Assembly: GCA_963707985.1 (NCBI GenBank)
Contig: CAVPRW010000027.1
Coordinates: 1 to 64,000, forward strand
From: an uncultured Nitrospinota bacterium
Lineage (GTDB): Bacteria; Tectomicrobia; Entotheonellia; J063; CAVPRW01
Length of the DNA: 64,000 nt
Reading direction: 5' to 3'
Made by a program: the position numbers and the translations under genes. Positions 19,951 through 29,275 of this stretch are shown here, in pieces (the stretch's first letter is position 1; each line of letters starts with the position of its first letter). Under the pieces are notes generated by a model that was not told the DNA's origin, did no database searches, and was given only the letters and a program-made list of their open reading frames with translations.

Positions 19951-20430
19951 ATGAGCCAAATTATCTATACGATGCAATTTGAGGGAGAATTGAGCCCCGT
20001 AGGGACATCTCCAAACGTTATGAAGGCTACACTGGTTGCCAAGTGCATCTGCATGACAGTCGTAGGACCAAATGGGGTACAAACTCCCTTAGAGCCGGCT
20101 CTTGGCGAGCAGGTCAATTTTGAGTCGGATGTGACGTTCCTGGGTGGGTTTGAGTCACCAGAGGTGACTTCGGCGGGAGAGGCCGGGTTTAAGGAAACGG
20201 GTAGAGTCACCTTTGGGGAAGGAGAACACCAACTGCGATTCAGTACCATTGGGCAAGGATATATTGGACCGAGTGCTGAGCCACACTGGAGGCAAGGGGC
20301 TGTGATGTGGCAGGTCGAGAGCGGTGAAGGCCGGTTTAAGGGTGCCCAGGGCTTGATTACTTCGAATTTCATCATCAGCGACGCCGGAGAGGTTACTGAC
20401 CATCATATGGGCGTGATCTTTGTGGCGTAG
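19951..20430 (+). CDS. Hypothetical beta-rich protein
   Basis: 159-aa ORF with AAGGAG RBS. GEGRFKGAQGLITSNF motif. Confidence 0.7.
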   Translation: MSQIIYTMQFEGELSPVGTSPNVMKATLVAKCICMTVVGPNGVQTPLEPALGEQVNFESDVTFLGGFESPEVTSAGEAGFKETGRVTFGEGEHQLRFSTIGQGYIGPSAEPHWRQGAVMWQVESGEGRFKGAQGLITSNFIISDAGEVTDHHMGVIFVA

Positions 20431-20543
20431 ATCTTTCGCATGATCACGGACCAGCAGGGCAGCCAATGACCCGAACTGGTCCGTGGCCCTATCGCTGCTA
20501 TAAGAGCAATCATAAGATCTATTAGGCCCGCTCAACGCGGTCC

Positions 20544-20705
20544 TCAGGCGCTGCCGAGATCTTCGGGAAACAAGACGCTCTGGAAATTCTTGAGGATCTG
20601 CACAATCACATCGTTGTATGTTACCTCTCGTCCAATTTTTGACTCCATCCATTCTTTCACCTGGTCCAATTGTGTTTGAACCTCTTCACTGACCCTAATG
20701 TCCAT
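20544..20705 (-). CDS. Small hypothetical protein, possibly ribbon-helix-helix DNA-binding
   Basis: MDIRVSEEVQTQLDQVK...TYNDVIVQIL strand-helix-helix pattern. Confidence 0.45.
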   Translation of the reverse strand: MDIRVSEEVQTQLDQVKEWMESKIGREVTYNDVIVQILKNFQSVLFPEDLGSA

Positions 20706-20834
20706 AGCGATCCCCTTTACTTCATAGAATCGCACGCGGGGTCCCGTCAGCCCATCTCGTTGAGGTTCTCTGACGAGAATTGACATCCCCGCATGCGTCG
20801 CTTATCGGTCAACCACCGGCCCAATATGCCTCAC

Positions 20835-21059
20835 CTAACGTTGTGGCTCTGCAGTCGGAGGAGCGGCACTCGAACCTGCAGCGCGTGCGGGTTCACCAGA
20901 CGAATACTGGTTGCAGCCACTGTTGCCCGAAACGCGCAGGTGGAAGGCCTGGATGTCTTCCTCGCTGCATAATCCCATGGTCGTATTGCTAATCTTTGCC
21001 TCCGGTTCAGTTTGCCACCATTCACAATCCTTACACAAACCCCAATTAGCTGTTGCCAT
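20835..21059 (-). CDS. Small Cys-rich hypothetical protein
   Basis: MATANWGLCKDCEWWQ..GLC..SGC. AAAGGA RBS. Confidence 0.6.
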   Translation of the reverse strand: MATANWGLCKDCEWWQTEPEAKISNTTMGLCSEEDIQAFHLRVSGNSGCNQYSSGEPARAAGSSAAPPTAEPQR

Positions 21060-21823
21060 GACTGTATTCCTTTCTGAGAGGGAAACTTCTCCTGAAATGC
21101 CATCCGATCTAGACTTCTTCCGATCATGGAGTTTTCTACGGTCACGACACAGGTGCAACGTCTGTGCCTCACATACCGTCTAGAGTCAGGTAGGCATAGG
21201 GCTCATGGCTCATCGTTGTCTCAACAGGTGGGTGACGAGCCCCTAAAGGGAGGGCTAGGGCGGTAGAATGGAGGCCAGGGAAGAACCGACAAAGGGCAGC
21301 ATCGCGTGTCTCTTTCTCACAATGAATCGTGCCTTCCGACCTGCCTATCAATTTGATCTCAGGCGGTCAGGAGTGTCGTCTGTTTTGGCCCTCTGTGACT
21401 ATCCCTGCGGTCCTGACTGCTCTTCCAACGTGACCAGACGGTACCCTTCGCGAGCCCTCCTAGAGTGCCAGCCTACCATAGGGCGCAAGTGAAAAGATTC
21501 TCGCCTCGCAAGACCCACAGGCATGTCTGGAGCCAACCTCCCGGCAGAGAGCGGAAAATGACACTTCTGGTCTGGTGTAAGCCCTGGAGCGGGAGATTCA
21601 TGCTTGGGTGGAGCGCGATCCTCGTGAGGTCGTGCGTTCCCTCATGACAGGCGGAAGGTCGGTGATGCTCCTCGCCTCTCAAGCTCAGGATCGTCACCTA
21701 CGGGCTGTACCGATGCTCGGCACAGAGGTTGCTCTCTCATATCCCGAGTGGGTTCCACATCGGTTTGGGAACCGATCGCAACTACGGAGAAGGGACCTGG
21801 GGCCAGGAGAGCCCTTGATGAGT

Positions 21824-22034
21824 TGTAGACGTGGAAGCCAACATCTAAATCGGGAAAACTCTCAACATGGTAGCACCACCTTCAAGCAAGTAGGAGCGTG
21901 CGATGGCTCAGGACGCTCTCATCGAACGAACCTGTAGACGTGGGAGCCAACTTTAGATAATAGGGAACTCTCACAATGGTCGTACCACCTTCAACCAGGA
22001 AGGAGCGCGCGATGGCTCAGGAAACTCTCATCGA
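21824..22034 (+). repeat. Imperfect tandem duplication, ~102-bp unit, 109-bp period, including RBS and start codon
   Basis: tgtagacgtggRagccaac...aactctca..atggt..caccttcaa..aggagcg.gcgatggctcagga..ctctcatcga at 21824-21925 and 21933-22034. Confidence 0.85.
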
Positions 22035-22284
22035 GGGTCGACGCCAGGAATTGCTAGCCTTGCTGGACCGCTATACACAGGATGGCGCACGTCGCGTCAA
22101 CTGGCTTACGACCCAAGATGAACATGTATGTGCTCGTTGTGCTGACAGAGAACAACGAGGCGCGTTAACAGTCGCCGAGGTCCGTACAACCTTGCAAGGG
22201 CACTGGTGCGAGGCCCCAGATCCGGAGCTTGGCTGCCGGTGTACCTTGACGGTAGTTGAGACAGACTTCGATGAGATGCCCTAG
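22012..22284 (+). CDS. Small Cys-motif protein resembling the phage Mu gpF/SPP1 gp7 C-terminal motif
   Basis: WLTTQDEHVCARC...GCRCT. AGGAG RBS. Confidence 0.55.
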   Translation: MAQETLIEGRRQELLALLDRYTQDGARRVNWLTTQDEHVCARCADREQRGALTVAEVRTTLQGHWCEAPDPELGCRCTLTVVETDFDEMP

Positions 22285-22478
22285 TATCCCAAACCACTGA
22301 CGGGCTCATGGCGTGGCGGATCGAGCCCGTGAGGCTACGATATGCCGCGCATCCATCGACCATTCCGACCTCTGCTGTTGCACAGACGGGCAGCGGCTTG
22401 ACAGGGTGATGTTGCGATCTTATACTCGCCGCAGTCACGGTTCAGGGTGATATGCACATGCAGTGGAGGCCCCTGTCC

Positions 22479-23711
22479 ATGGAGCTGCGACCATCCCCTC
22501 GCCAGCAGGAATTGATGGACCGCGCCTACAAGCTTGCGGTAGAGCGCTTCGCACCGCGCGCGGCCACGCATGACCGTGAGGCCTCCTTCCCAGTCGATGA
22601 TTATGCCGACCTGCACGCGGCAGGACTGCTCGCCCTCTGCGTCCCTGAAGCGTACGGCGGTCTTGGAGCCGATTTCGAGACCTACTGTCTAGTCGCCGAG
22701 CAAATTGCGCGTGGTAATGCCGCCACCGCCCTCACCTATAATATGCATGCCCTCACGATGCTGATGATGGGCCCGCTGATGCAAGGCATTGATCTGCCGC
22801 CCGCAGTGCGCGAGCGGCACGAGCAGCTCAGTGCCCAGCGCTACCGTGAGGTCGTCGATCAAGGAGCTTTCTACGGCCAACCCCATAGCGAGCCGGTCGA
22901 GTCCGGCAGCGCCGATCAGCTGAACGTTGGCGGGCGGCGCTTTGGCACACGCGCCGAGCGTGTCGACGGCGGCTATCTGGTGAATGGACGCAAGTTCTTT
23001 GTTTCCCTTGGCGGCGCGGCACCTTATTATGCTACTCCTGCCTTGCTGGTAGACGATGGCCCTTGGGAAGATCGGACCCTCTATTTGGCTATTCCGCGCG
23101 ACACACCTGGTGTGCAGTTCACGGGCGAGTGGGACCCTCTCGGCATGCGGGCGACGGTGAGCCTCGACATGGTGCTGACAGATGTGTGGGTACCGACCGA
23201 TGCAGAGATCCTGCCGCCGGGCATCTTTGCCCAGTTGTACCAGCGCCAACCCTATTTGTTCCTTGGCTTCTCAGCGACATTCTTGGGGTTGATGCAAGCG
23301 GCCTACGATTATACGATCGCCTATCTCACCGGGCAGGTATCGGGAGCACCAGGCCTTCAGGGGGAAGCGCCGGCGCGAGGCTACGCCGTGGCCGAAATGT
23401 TGTTTCTTCTGGAAGCGACCCGGGCGCTGTATTACCGCGCCATCTCCGAAGAGCGTTTGGATCCCCCGGTCGAATCCATGCAGCGCGCTCGCGCTGCCCA
23501 CGTTCAGGTACAACGGGCCGTCGTGCAGCTGACCGCCGAGGCCATTCGGGTCTGCGGCGGCAGAGCGCTCTTGAAGCGCTATCCGCTGGAGCGCTATTAC
23601 CGCGACGCCCGCGCATCAGCTCTGATGCGGCCCTTGACTCAAGACATCGCCACCCAGCAGGCCTGGGAGACGGCGCTCACCGACAGACGCGTCGACCAGC
23701 CATCGCGGTAA
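22479..23711 (+). CDS. Acyl-CoA dehydrogenase family protein
   Basis: VPEAYGGLG, NMH, SEP, NGRKFFVS, WDPLGMRAT.S, LERYYRDAR. Confidence 0.92.
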   Translation: MELRPSPRQQELMDRAYKLAVERFAPRAATHDREASFPVDDYADLHAAGLLALCVPEAYGGLGADFETYCLVAEQIARGNAATALTYNMHALTMLMMGPLMQGIDLPPAVRERHEQLSAQRYREVVDQGAFYGQPHSEPVESGSADQLNVGGRRFGTRAERVDGGYLVNGRKFFVSLGGAAPYYATPALLVDDGPWEDRTLYLAIPRDTPGVQFTGEWDPLGMRATVSLDMVLTDVWVPTDAEILPPGIFAQLYQRQPYLFLGFSATFLGLMQAAYDYTIAYLTGQVSGAPGLQGEAPARGYAVAEMLFLLEATRALYYRAISEERLDPPVESMQRARAAHVQVQRAVVQLTAEAIRVCGGRALLKRYPLERYYRDARASALMRPLTQDIATQQAWETALTDRRVDQPSR

Positions 23712-23804
23712 CCCCAACGCCCCATCGAAATGCTTGATTCGCTTACCATCCTTCGTGTACACTGGCGGCCACTCGATAGGCTGACAGGGGTGATCGTTCT
23801 TGCA

Positions 23805-23898
23805 CTCCCTCGCCCTCTGGGAGAGGGTTAGGCTGAGGGAAGCCCATCCGTTCGAGCACAGCCACCTGCCCTGGTTCTCTCCTGCAGGGCGAGGGGAA
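23805..23898. repeat. REP-like palindromic pair
   Basis: ccctcgccctctgggagagggttaggctgaggg plus a degenerate inverted copy. Similar motif at ~29023-29068. Confidence 0.45.
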
Positions 23899-23947
23899 TA
23901 GGGCGTTTATGCTGGCTCGGTAGGTTCAGGAGAATCAAGGGCACGAC

Positions 23948-24907
23948 GTGGACGGGGAACAGAGACAGGACAATATGCGTTCCGAGGCGCGGCGCCAGCT
24001 GATCATCGGTCTCCTGCTGGGAGCGATACTCCTGGCCATGCTGCTCTACCTGAGCGGTTTGGCGGCTACGTTGCAATTGGGCGACTCCGGAGTCCGCGGC
24101 TTTTTGCTTGTGCCGGCACTGCCGACGCCCATGTATCTGACCATGCTCGTCGTGGTGCTGGTGGCTGTTGGCTTGAGTCTTCTGGTCTCTATCCTGCAGC
24201 GCCGCCGTGGCCCACGTTCCCCTGAACCGAAACACGAGTCCGATGCTCCCAAGCCCTTTTGGCAGTCGATGCTGACCACTCTAGCGTGGGTGGCACTGGT
24301 AGCCGTGTGCTTGAACTGGTTGATCCGACACGGTCAGGAGGTACAAGACTTTCTAGAACGCGTCCGGTCCGAGGTGGGGGCCATACGGGGGGCCCTGGGG
24401 TCCGGCACATTACCACTCGTAGACCAGGTCAGTTCGCCGACTGCAGGCTATACCCTGTTCATGATCGTGGTGGCCATCTATGGTGGCATCGCCCTAGTTG
24501 CCTTGTGGGTATTGTTTGAGGATGGGGCACTGGGACGTGGCTCGGATGCTGCGGAGGATCCACAACTGCGCCAGGTACGACGTGCTATGCAGGCGGGATT
24601 GCGGGAGCTCCGTGAGCACGCCGATGCCCGGCAAGCGATCATCGCCTGCTATGCACGGCTGGAATATCTGTTGGAAGATCATGGCGTACCAGCCTACCAC
24701 CATTTGACTCCGCAAGAATATATGGGAGCCGCCTTGCGAGGTCTTAACCTACCTCAGGACGCCTTCGCTGGTCTGATCCGCCTCTTCGAGCTGGCCCGTT
24801 ATAGCTTGCATCCTCTGGATGATACGGCCAGAGCAGCGGCTAGTGCCTATCTTGAACGACTTACAGCCCACGTGGAAGGGAGAGCGGTCCGTGCTGCACA
24901 TGGCTGA
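23948..24907 (+). CDS. DUF4129 domain membrane protein (MoxR operon)
   Basis: Several TMs. C-terminal AIIACYARLE..TPQEY..LFELARYSLH. Confidence 0.82.
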   Translation: MDGEQRQDNMRSEARRQLIIGLLLGAILLAMLLYLSGLAATLQLGDSGVRGFLLVPALPTPMYLTMLVVVLVAVGLSLLVSILQRRRGPRSPEPKHESDAPKPFWQSMLTTLAWVALVAVCLNWLIRHGQEVQDFLERVRSEVGAIRGALGSGTLPLVDQVSSPTAGYTLFMIVVAIYGGIALVALWVLFEDGALGRGSDAAEDPQLRQVRRAMQAGLRELREHADARQAIIACYARLEYLLEDHGVPAYHHLTPQEYMGAALRGLNLPQDAFAGLIRLFELARYSLHPLDDTARAAASAYLERLTAHVEGRAVRAAHG

Positions 24908-25448
24908 GCCCGTCGCACTGCACAGGCGCTGGCTGTACGATATTGGCAAACTGGCGCTCCTGGCGCTGGTATTGGTGCCCATCTATCTCTTGGTCAATGA
25001 ATTGTGGCAGAGCATCTTCCGCCTGGTCATGCTGTATGGCCTGCTGGCATTGTTCTGCATCCGCCTGGGCGAGTATATGCATCGAGCCATGCGACGCTTG
25101 CCGGCCGAGATTCCGCCATGGTCGGGGCCGCCGCCTGTGTCACCGATTCCTCTGTGGATGGAGCAGCGTTTCGGCGCCGCCGAGGCCATCCTCAGTGCAC
25201 ACCGCGATCCACAGTATGTGCAAGCCGTGCTCAAACCGCGCTTGCGGCGCTTGCTGGCGTACCGTTTGCACGGTACCCCTGATTTGCCACTAGAGGCCCT
25301 GGACACGGCGCGGTTGACCCAGGTCGAGCCAGCGCTACTCGACTTCATCCACCGTCAGGAAGACATTGGGGTCTGGGCCCGGTTTCGTCATCGCCGACAG
25401 CGGGACGCGGATGTCCTCGATGCCTTACGACGTTTAGAGGCCCTATGA
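24900..25448 (+). CDS. Hypothetical membrane protein (MoxR operon)
   Basis: Two TMs. Overlaps both neighbours. LKPRLRRL motif. Confidence 0.7.
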   Translation: MAEPVALHRRWLYDIGKLALLALVLVPIYLLVNELWQSIFRLVMLYGLLALFCIRLGEYMHRAMRRLPAEIPPWSGPPPVSPIPLWMEQRFGAAEAILSAHRDPQYVQAVLKPRLRRLLAYRLHGTPDLPLEALDTARLTQVEPALLDFIHRQEDIGVWARFRHRRQRDADVLDALRRLEAL

Positions 25449-26398
25449 TGCAAATCATCGAAGCGGCTAGACAGTCCCAGAACATCCTGCGCACCTTACA
25501 GGAGGTCATCATCGGCAAGGAACAGGTCATCCAACACCTGTTGCTCGGGCTGTACAGTCGAGGAAACATTCTCATCGAAGATTTTCCAGGGTTGGCCAAA
25601 ACGCTGATTGCACGCCTCGTCGCCCAGGTGACCGGCCTGGCGTTTAAGCGTATCCAATTTACCCCGGACCTGTTGCCGGGGGACATCACTGGAGGATTCA
25701 TCTATAACCAGAAGCGCGGGGAGTTTGAGTTCCGCCCCGGTCCTCTGTTCACGAACCTGGTGCTCGCCGATGAGGTCAATCGCGCCCCGCCGAAAACGCA
25801 AGCCGCCCTGTTGGAAGTCATGCAGGAACGTCAGATCACCGTTGAGGGGTCCACCTATGCTGTACCGCAACCCTTTCTGGTGCTGGCCACCCAAAACCCG
25901 ATCGAGCTGGAAGGCACCTATCCCCTGCCGGAAGCCCAACTCGATCGCTTCATCATGCGATTGCGCGTTGGTTATCCCAGTGCTGACGAAGAACGCCAGA
26001 TCCTGGCGCAGCGTGGCGCCCGGCGCCAGGAGAAGATCGACCTCGACACAGTGACCGATGCGGCGCAATTACTGGAGATCCAGGACACCGTTGAGCAGGT
26101 CCACGCCAATGAAGCGATCGAGCGCTACGTCGTCAGCCTGACGACGGCCACGCGCCAGCATCCACAGGTGCAGGTGGGTGTCTCGCCACGCGGTACCCTC
26201 GCCCTGTACCAACTTGCCCGAGCGCATGCCATGGTCCACGAGCGTGACTTTGTCTTGCCGGATGACGTCAAAGCCATGGCCACCGCCGCCCTGGCCCATC
26301 GCCTGCTGTTGAAACCGGAGCTCTGGGTGCGGGGGGTGCAGGCCGAACAAATCATCCAGGACATCCTCGATCGCACGCCGGTGCCGAAGGCGGACTGA
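25445..26398 (+). CDS. moxR: MoxR family AAA+ ATPase
   Basis: EDFPGLAKT, RIQFTPDLLPGD, LADEVNRAPPKTQAALLEVMQE, ATQNPIE.EGTYPLPEAQLDRF. Confidence 0.95.
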   Translation: MMQIIEAARQSQNILRTLQEVIIGKEQVIQHLLLGLYSRGNILIEDFPGLAKTLIARLVAQVTGLAFKRIQFTPDLLPGDITGGFIYNQKRGEFEFRPGPLFTNLVLADEVNRAPPKTQAALLEVMQERQITVEGSTYAVPQPFLVLATQNPIELEGTYPLPEAQLDRFIMRLRVGYPSADEERQILAQRGARRQEKIDLDTVTDAAQLLEIQDTVEQVHANEAIERYVVSLTTATRQHPQVQVGVSPRGTLALYQLARAHAMVHERDFVLPDDVKAMATAALAHRLLLKPELWVRGVQAEQIIQDILDRTPVPKAD

Positions 26399-26474
26399 CC
26401 CTTTTTTTATAGAACGAAATGTAACTCCTCAGGATGTGTGTGTTGCGAGAACATGTCATCGGTGGTCTCCCCAT

Positions 26475-27734
26475 TCATGGACAAACTGACTTTGGCCGCT
26501 GGAGGTTCGCCAGCAAGCGCTGCAGCACAGCCGTATCTCTGGCCAATCGGAGATGATTTACGCCCACATTGTCCGTAAACTCAAAACGGAAGCACCGCAT
26601 GGCTGCCCACACGAGGATAGCGTCGTTGGTGATGTCCTCTTGGTTGATGTCAGCATCCCTCAGGATGAAGATATCGGGATCGCTGACGTCGACCACCTGC
26701 CCCACCGAGAGGTCCTGGAGCACCAGCCCCACCACCGTCGGAATCCCAGAGCCCTTCTCGACATAGACATCGACATTGGGGAAGACCCGGCGTTTAGCGA
26801 ACTGGACGAAACCAACATAGAAGGCTGCCAGCTCCCGCGCGGTGGTCAGGCCGGCATCCCGGAACAGCTTCCTGTTGTCCTTCGGCGTGTACGTTGTGCT
26901 CGGTTGCACCGACTGCACCACCACCTCCTGGTTGTGGAAGACGGTGGGGTCGGCAGCGCTCATATAGCTGGAGGGGTGGGTCTGGTACATGGTGGCGCTG
27001 CTAGCCGCATTCGCGGCGTCCGTCGGAAAGGTGAAGTCGATGACATTCAGTCCCGTGAAATACACCGGGTAGAAGAAGCCCTGTCCTGCCCAATTGCCGG
27101 CAATGGGCGTGAAGCCGTGGATGAATCTGTTCTTCCATGCCTGCCTGGTGTGGGTGAGCAGGAACTGCGCATAGAGCGGCCCGTTAGAGTGGCCCACCAG
27201 GTGGACGGGGGTGTTTCCGTTCTGATAATACGTCTCCTCGATCAATGCAATGGTGCGCTTCAGGAAGTCATCAATGTCTGGGGTCAGACGGGAATCATAG
27301 CCAGCCACGCGGATGTTCACGTTGCGTATATAGCCGGCCGCCTCGAGGAAAGCGTACAGGGGCTCGTAGAAAGGCGCGCTCTGGGTCTGGCCAAAGTTCT
27401 TCAGCTCGACGGTGACCCCTGGCTGGTTGGAGAAGCGCTCTCTCATGGGTTTGGAATCGTCCGTGTCGACCACCAGGGTCAGCAGCTTGTCCTGGCACAC
27501 CTGGCTGAACTCTGTGTTGGGACTATTGTTGCGGAACCAGACCTCGAACGTGCCGGACGTGGGGCATTCTGGGGCCACGGACTGGTTCTGCACCTTCACC
27601 TCGAGTTTGCTGATGTGGAAGCCAGGGAATACAACGACCGGGGTGAGCGGATTGGCTAGGGTAGGGCCAGGCATCATGGTCACGAGCATCCAGGCAACAA
27701 AGGTTGCCGCCAGCAGACTTGTCGCTGTATTCAT
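26475..27734 (-). CDS. Secreted LCAT/lysosomal phospholipase A2-like alpha/beta hydrolase
   Basis: Signal peptide, PVVVFPG...SKLE, AGYDSRL, VHLVGHSNG nucleophile motif, C-terminal VNH. Confidence 0.75.
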   Translation of the reverse strand: MNTATSLLAATFVAWMLVTMMPGPTLANPLTPVVVFPGFHISKLEVKVQNQSVAPECPTSGTFEVWFRNNSPNTEFSQVCQDKLLTLVVDTDDSKPMRERFSNQPGVTVELKNFGQTQSAPFYEPLYAFLEAAGYIRNVNIRVAGYDSRLTPDIDDFLKRTIALIEETYYQNGNTPVHLVGHSNGPLYAQFLLTHTRQAWKNRFIHGFTPIAGNWAGQGFFYPVYFTGLNVIDFTFPTDAANAASSATMYQTHPSSYMSAADPTVFHNQEVVVQSVQPSTTYTPKDNRKLFRDAGLTTARELAAFYVGFVQFAKRRVFPNVDVYVEKGSGIPTVVGLVLQDLSVGQVVDVSDPDIFILRDADINQEDITNDAILVWAAMRCFRFEFTDNVGVNHLRLARDTAVLQRLLANLQRPKSVCP

Positions 27735-27913
27735 AGTGTGCTCCTTGTCGCATCTTCTGTGGAGTGGACTTATGGCAAGATATGCATTCTTGGTGACGAC
27801 ATACACTGAGCATGAGAGTCAGGCCGTCAGGCATCACCTCTCAAAAAGGTGCTTCGCGACTCCTCTCCACAAATAACCATCACACCCTGTGAGGCCCAGT
27901 ATGCAGGTCATCC

Positions 27914-28610
27914 TTATGGCCGCGGCTCGCCTTTGATCCCGATGTGGAGCCGCATGAGGCTTGGCCGACGAGGGTTCTGACCCGGGAACTGCGGAAGTGC
28001 GCCGTTCGCGATATACAGGTCCTTCTTGTGATTCTTCACCCCAAAGGCCGCCGATGTTGGTCCGTCCAGCCCATCAACAAAGTCCAGCAGGGTCTCGGTT
28101 ACGCCGTCCGAAGTGACGCGCACAACCCGTTGATCCAAGTTGGTCATAACGTAAAGGGTTCCCTTTTTGTCGAAGGCAAAATCGTCGGCTCCGAGAGCGA
28201 CGTGAACTCGGCCGGAGCCGGCCGATCCATCCTCGTTGATGGGCAGGGCCACAATGTGTCCGCGGTTCGAAACGGAGACGTAGACCTCCTCGTTCCCCTG
28301 TTGTGCCGCACGGGTTGACCACCACGTAGACGTTGTTCTGGTGATCGAGGGCGATGCCCGCGGTCCTCGTCGTGCTAGCTGGGCACAGGATCGCAAGGGT
28401 CGATTGTGTGCCTGTCGGGCTGATCTTACGGACCTCTCCAGTCCGGGAGAGGCTCACATATAGGTTGCCGTGGCGGTCAACTTGTATGCTCTCCGGCGTC
28501 TCAGGAGTTGCCGGGTTGAAGAGGACGATGGTCTCGATCTCGGCGGCAGATGCGCTCGCCGTGACAAGAGTAAAGGCAACGGCCAGTGGGAAGAGAAACA
28601 GCTTGCTCAT
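27914..28610 (-). pseudogene. Secreted SMP-30/gluconolactonase-like beta-propeller, frameshifted near 28295 and probably internally deleted
   Basis: Signal peptide, PESIQVD..GNLYVS, GIALD, ADDFAFD, DGPTSAAFG. Confidence 0.7.
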
Positions 28611-28748
28611 AAGGGATGTGGGTAAGAATTGAATTCCCCGTGCTAAGGTTGTCCAACCACAGTGCTTGAGAGTTCCCCTGTCATGTGCCATCGGTTCGGC
28701 CCTCCATCAGGTCTTGTTAAGGTTGCCCGGAGATTTCTTTGAAACTGT

Positions 28749-28943
28749 TCAATGGACGTTGCAGGCATAGGGCGCGATAAAGATAAAAAAGAAGGTGGCT
28801 TGGAGACCCGCGGGGGGCACGCCCGCAGGCGAGAATAAGAGGACAGCAAGGGAAAAGAGGAGCATCCAGCGACAACAACAGGCCTGCGTCAGTGCCTGCC
28901 TCACCAATGTTGTAGTCGTCGTCAAGAGGCGTCGTCGATACAT
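28749..28943 (-). pseudogene. N-terminal (signal peptide) remnant paralogous to the 34444-36657 gene
   Basis: MYRRRLLTTTTTLVRQALTQACCCRWMLLFSLAVLLFSPAG vs MSRRSLLTTITTCLWQVLTKAFRCRSMLLFALPVVFLSPAG. Confidence 0.75.
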
Positions 28944-29117
28944 TGGATCTCCCCCCCGACTGGGAACACCATGCACGGTTTACCTGGTACGGCGCGAGAT
29001 ACAACGTGCCCCGCATGCGCAGTCCCCACTTCTCACCCTCATCTTTAGCCTTGGAAGGGGGAGGGGAAATTGTCGCAGGCGTCGGTTACGGGCGCTAACA
29101 AGTGGTAAACCTAGCCC

Positions 29118-29173
29118 TTCCCATGAAACAAGTCATGCCGGTTCCATGGCAATTTCCGAGTCATTTCATGGTC
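29118..29173. promoter_or_regulatory. 11-bp-periodic direct repeats, candidate wHTH operator
   Basis: CATG cores at 29122, 29134, 29145, (29156) and 29167. Conserved in the paralogous region at 36800, (36811) and 36822. Confidence 0.55.
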
Positions 29174-29275
29174 TTTTCGTGCTATGCTGCGCACGCCTGA
29201 GAGCGGGGCCGTGAAGCATGTGCCGACAGTCTGTGAGGGCGGCGTGTCCCCCTGGGGAGGTGGGAGGACTGGGCG

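Noticed and set aside
26553..27659. 368-aa + strand ORF and similar long antisense ORFs elsewhere
   Set aside because: Shadow of a well-supported gene on the opposite strand.
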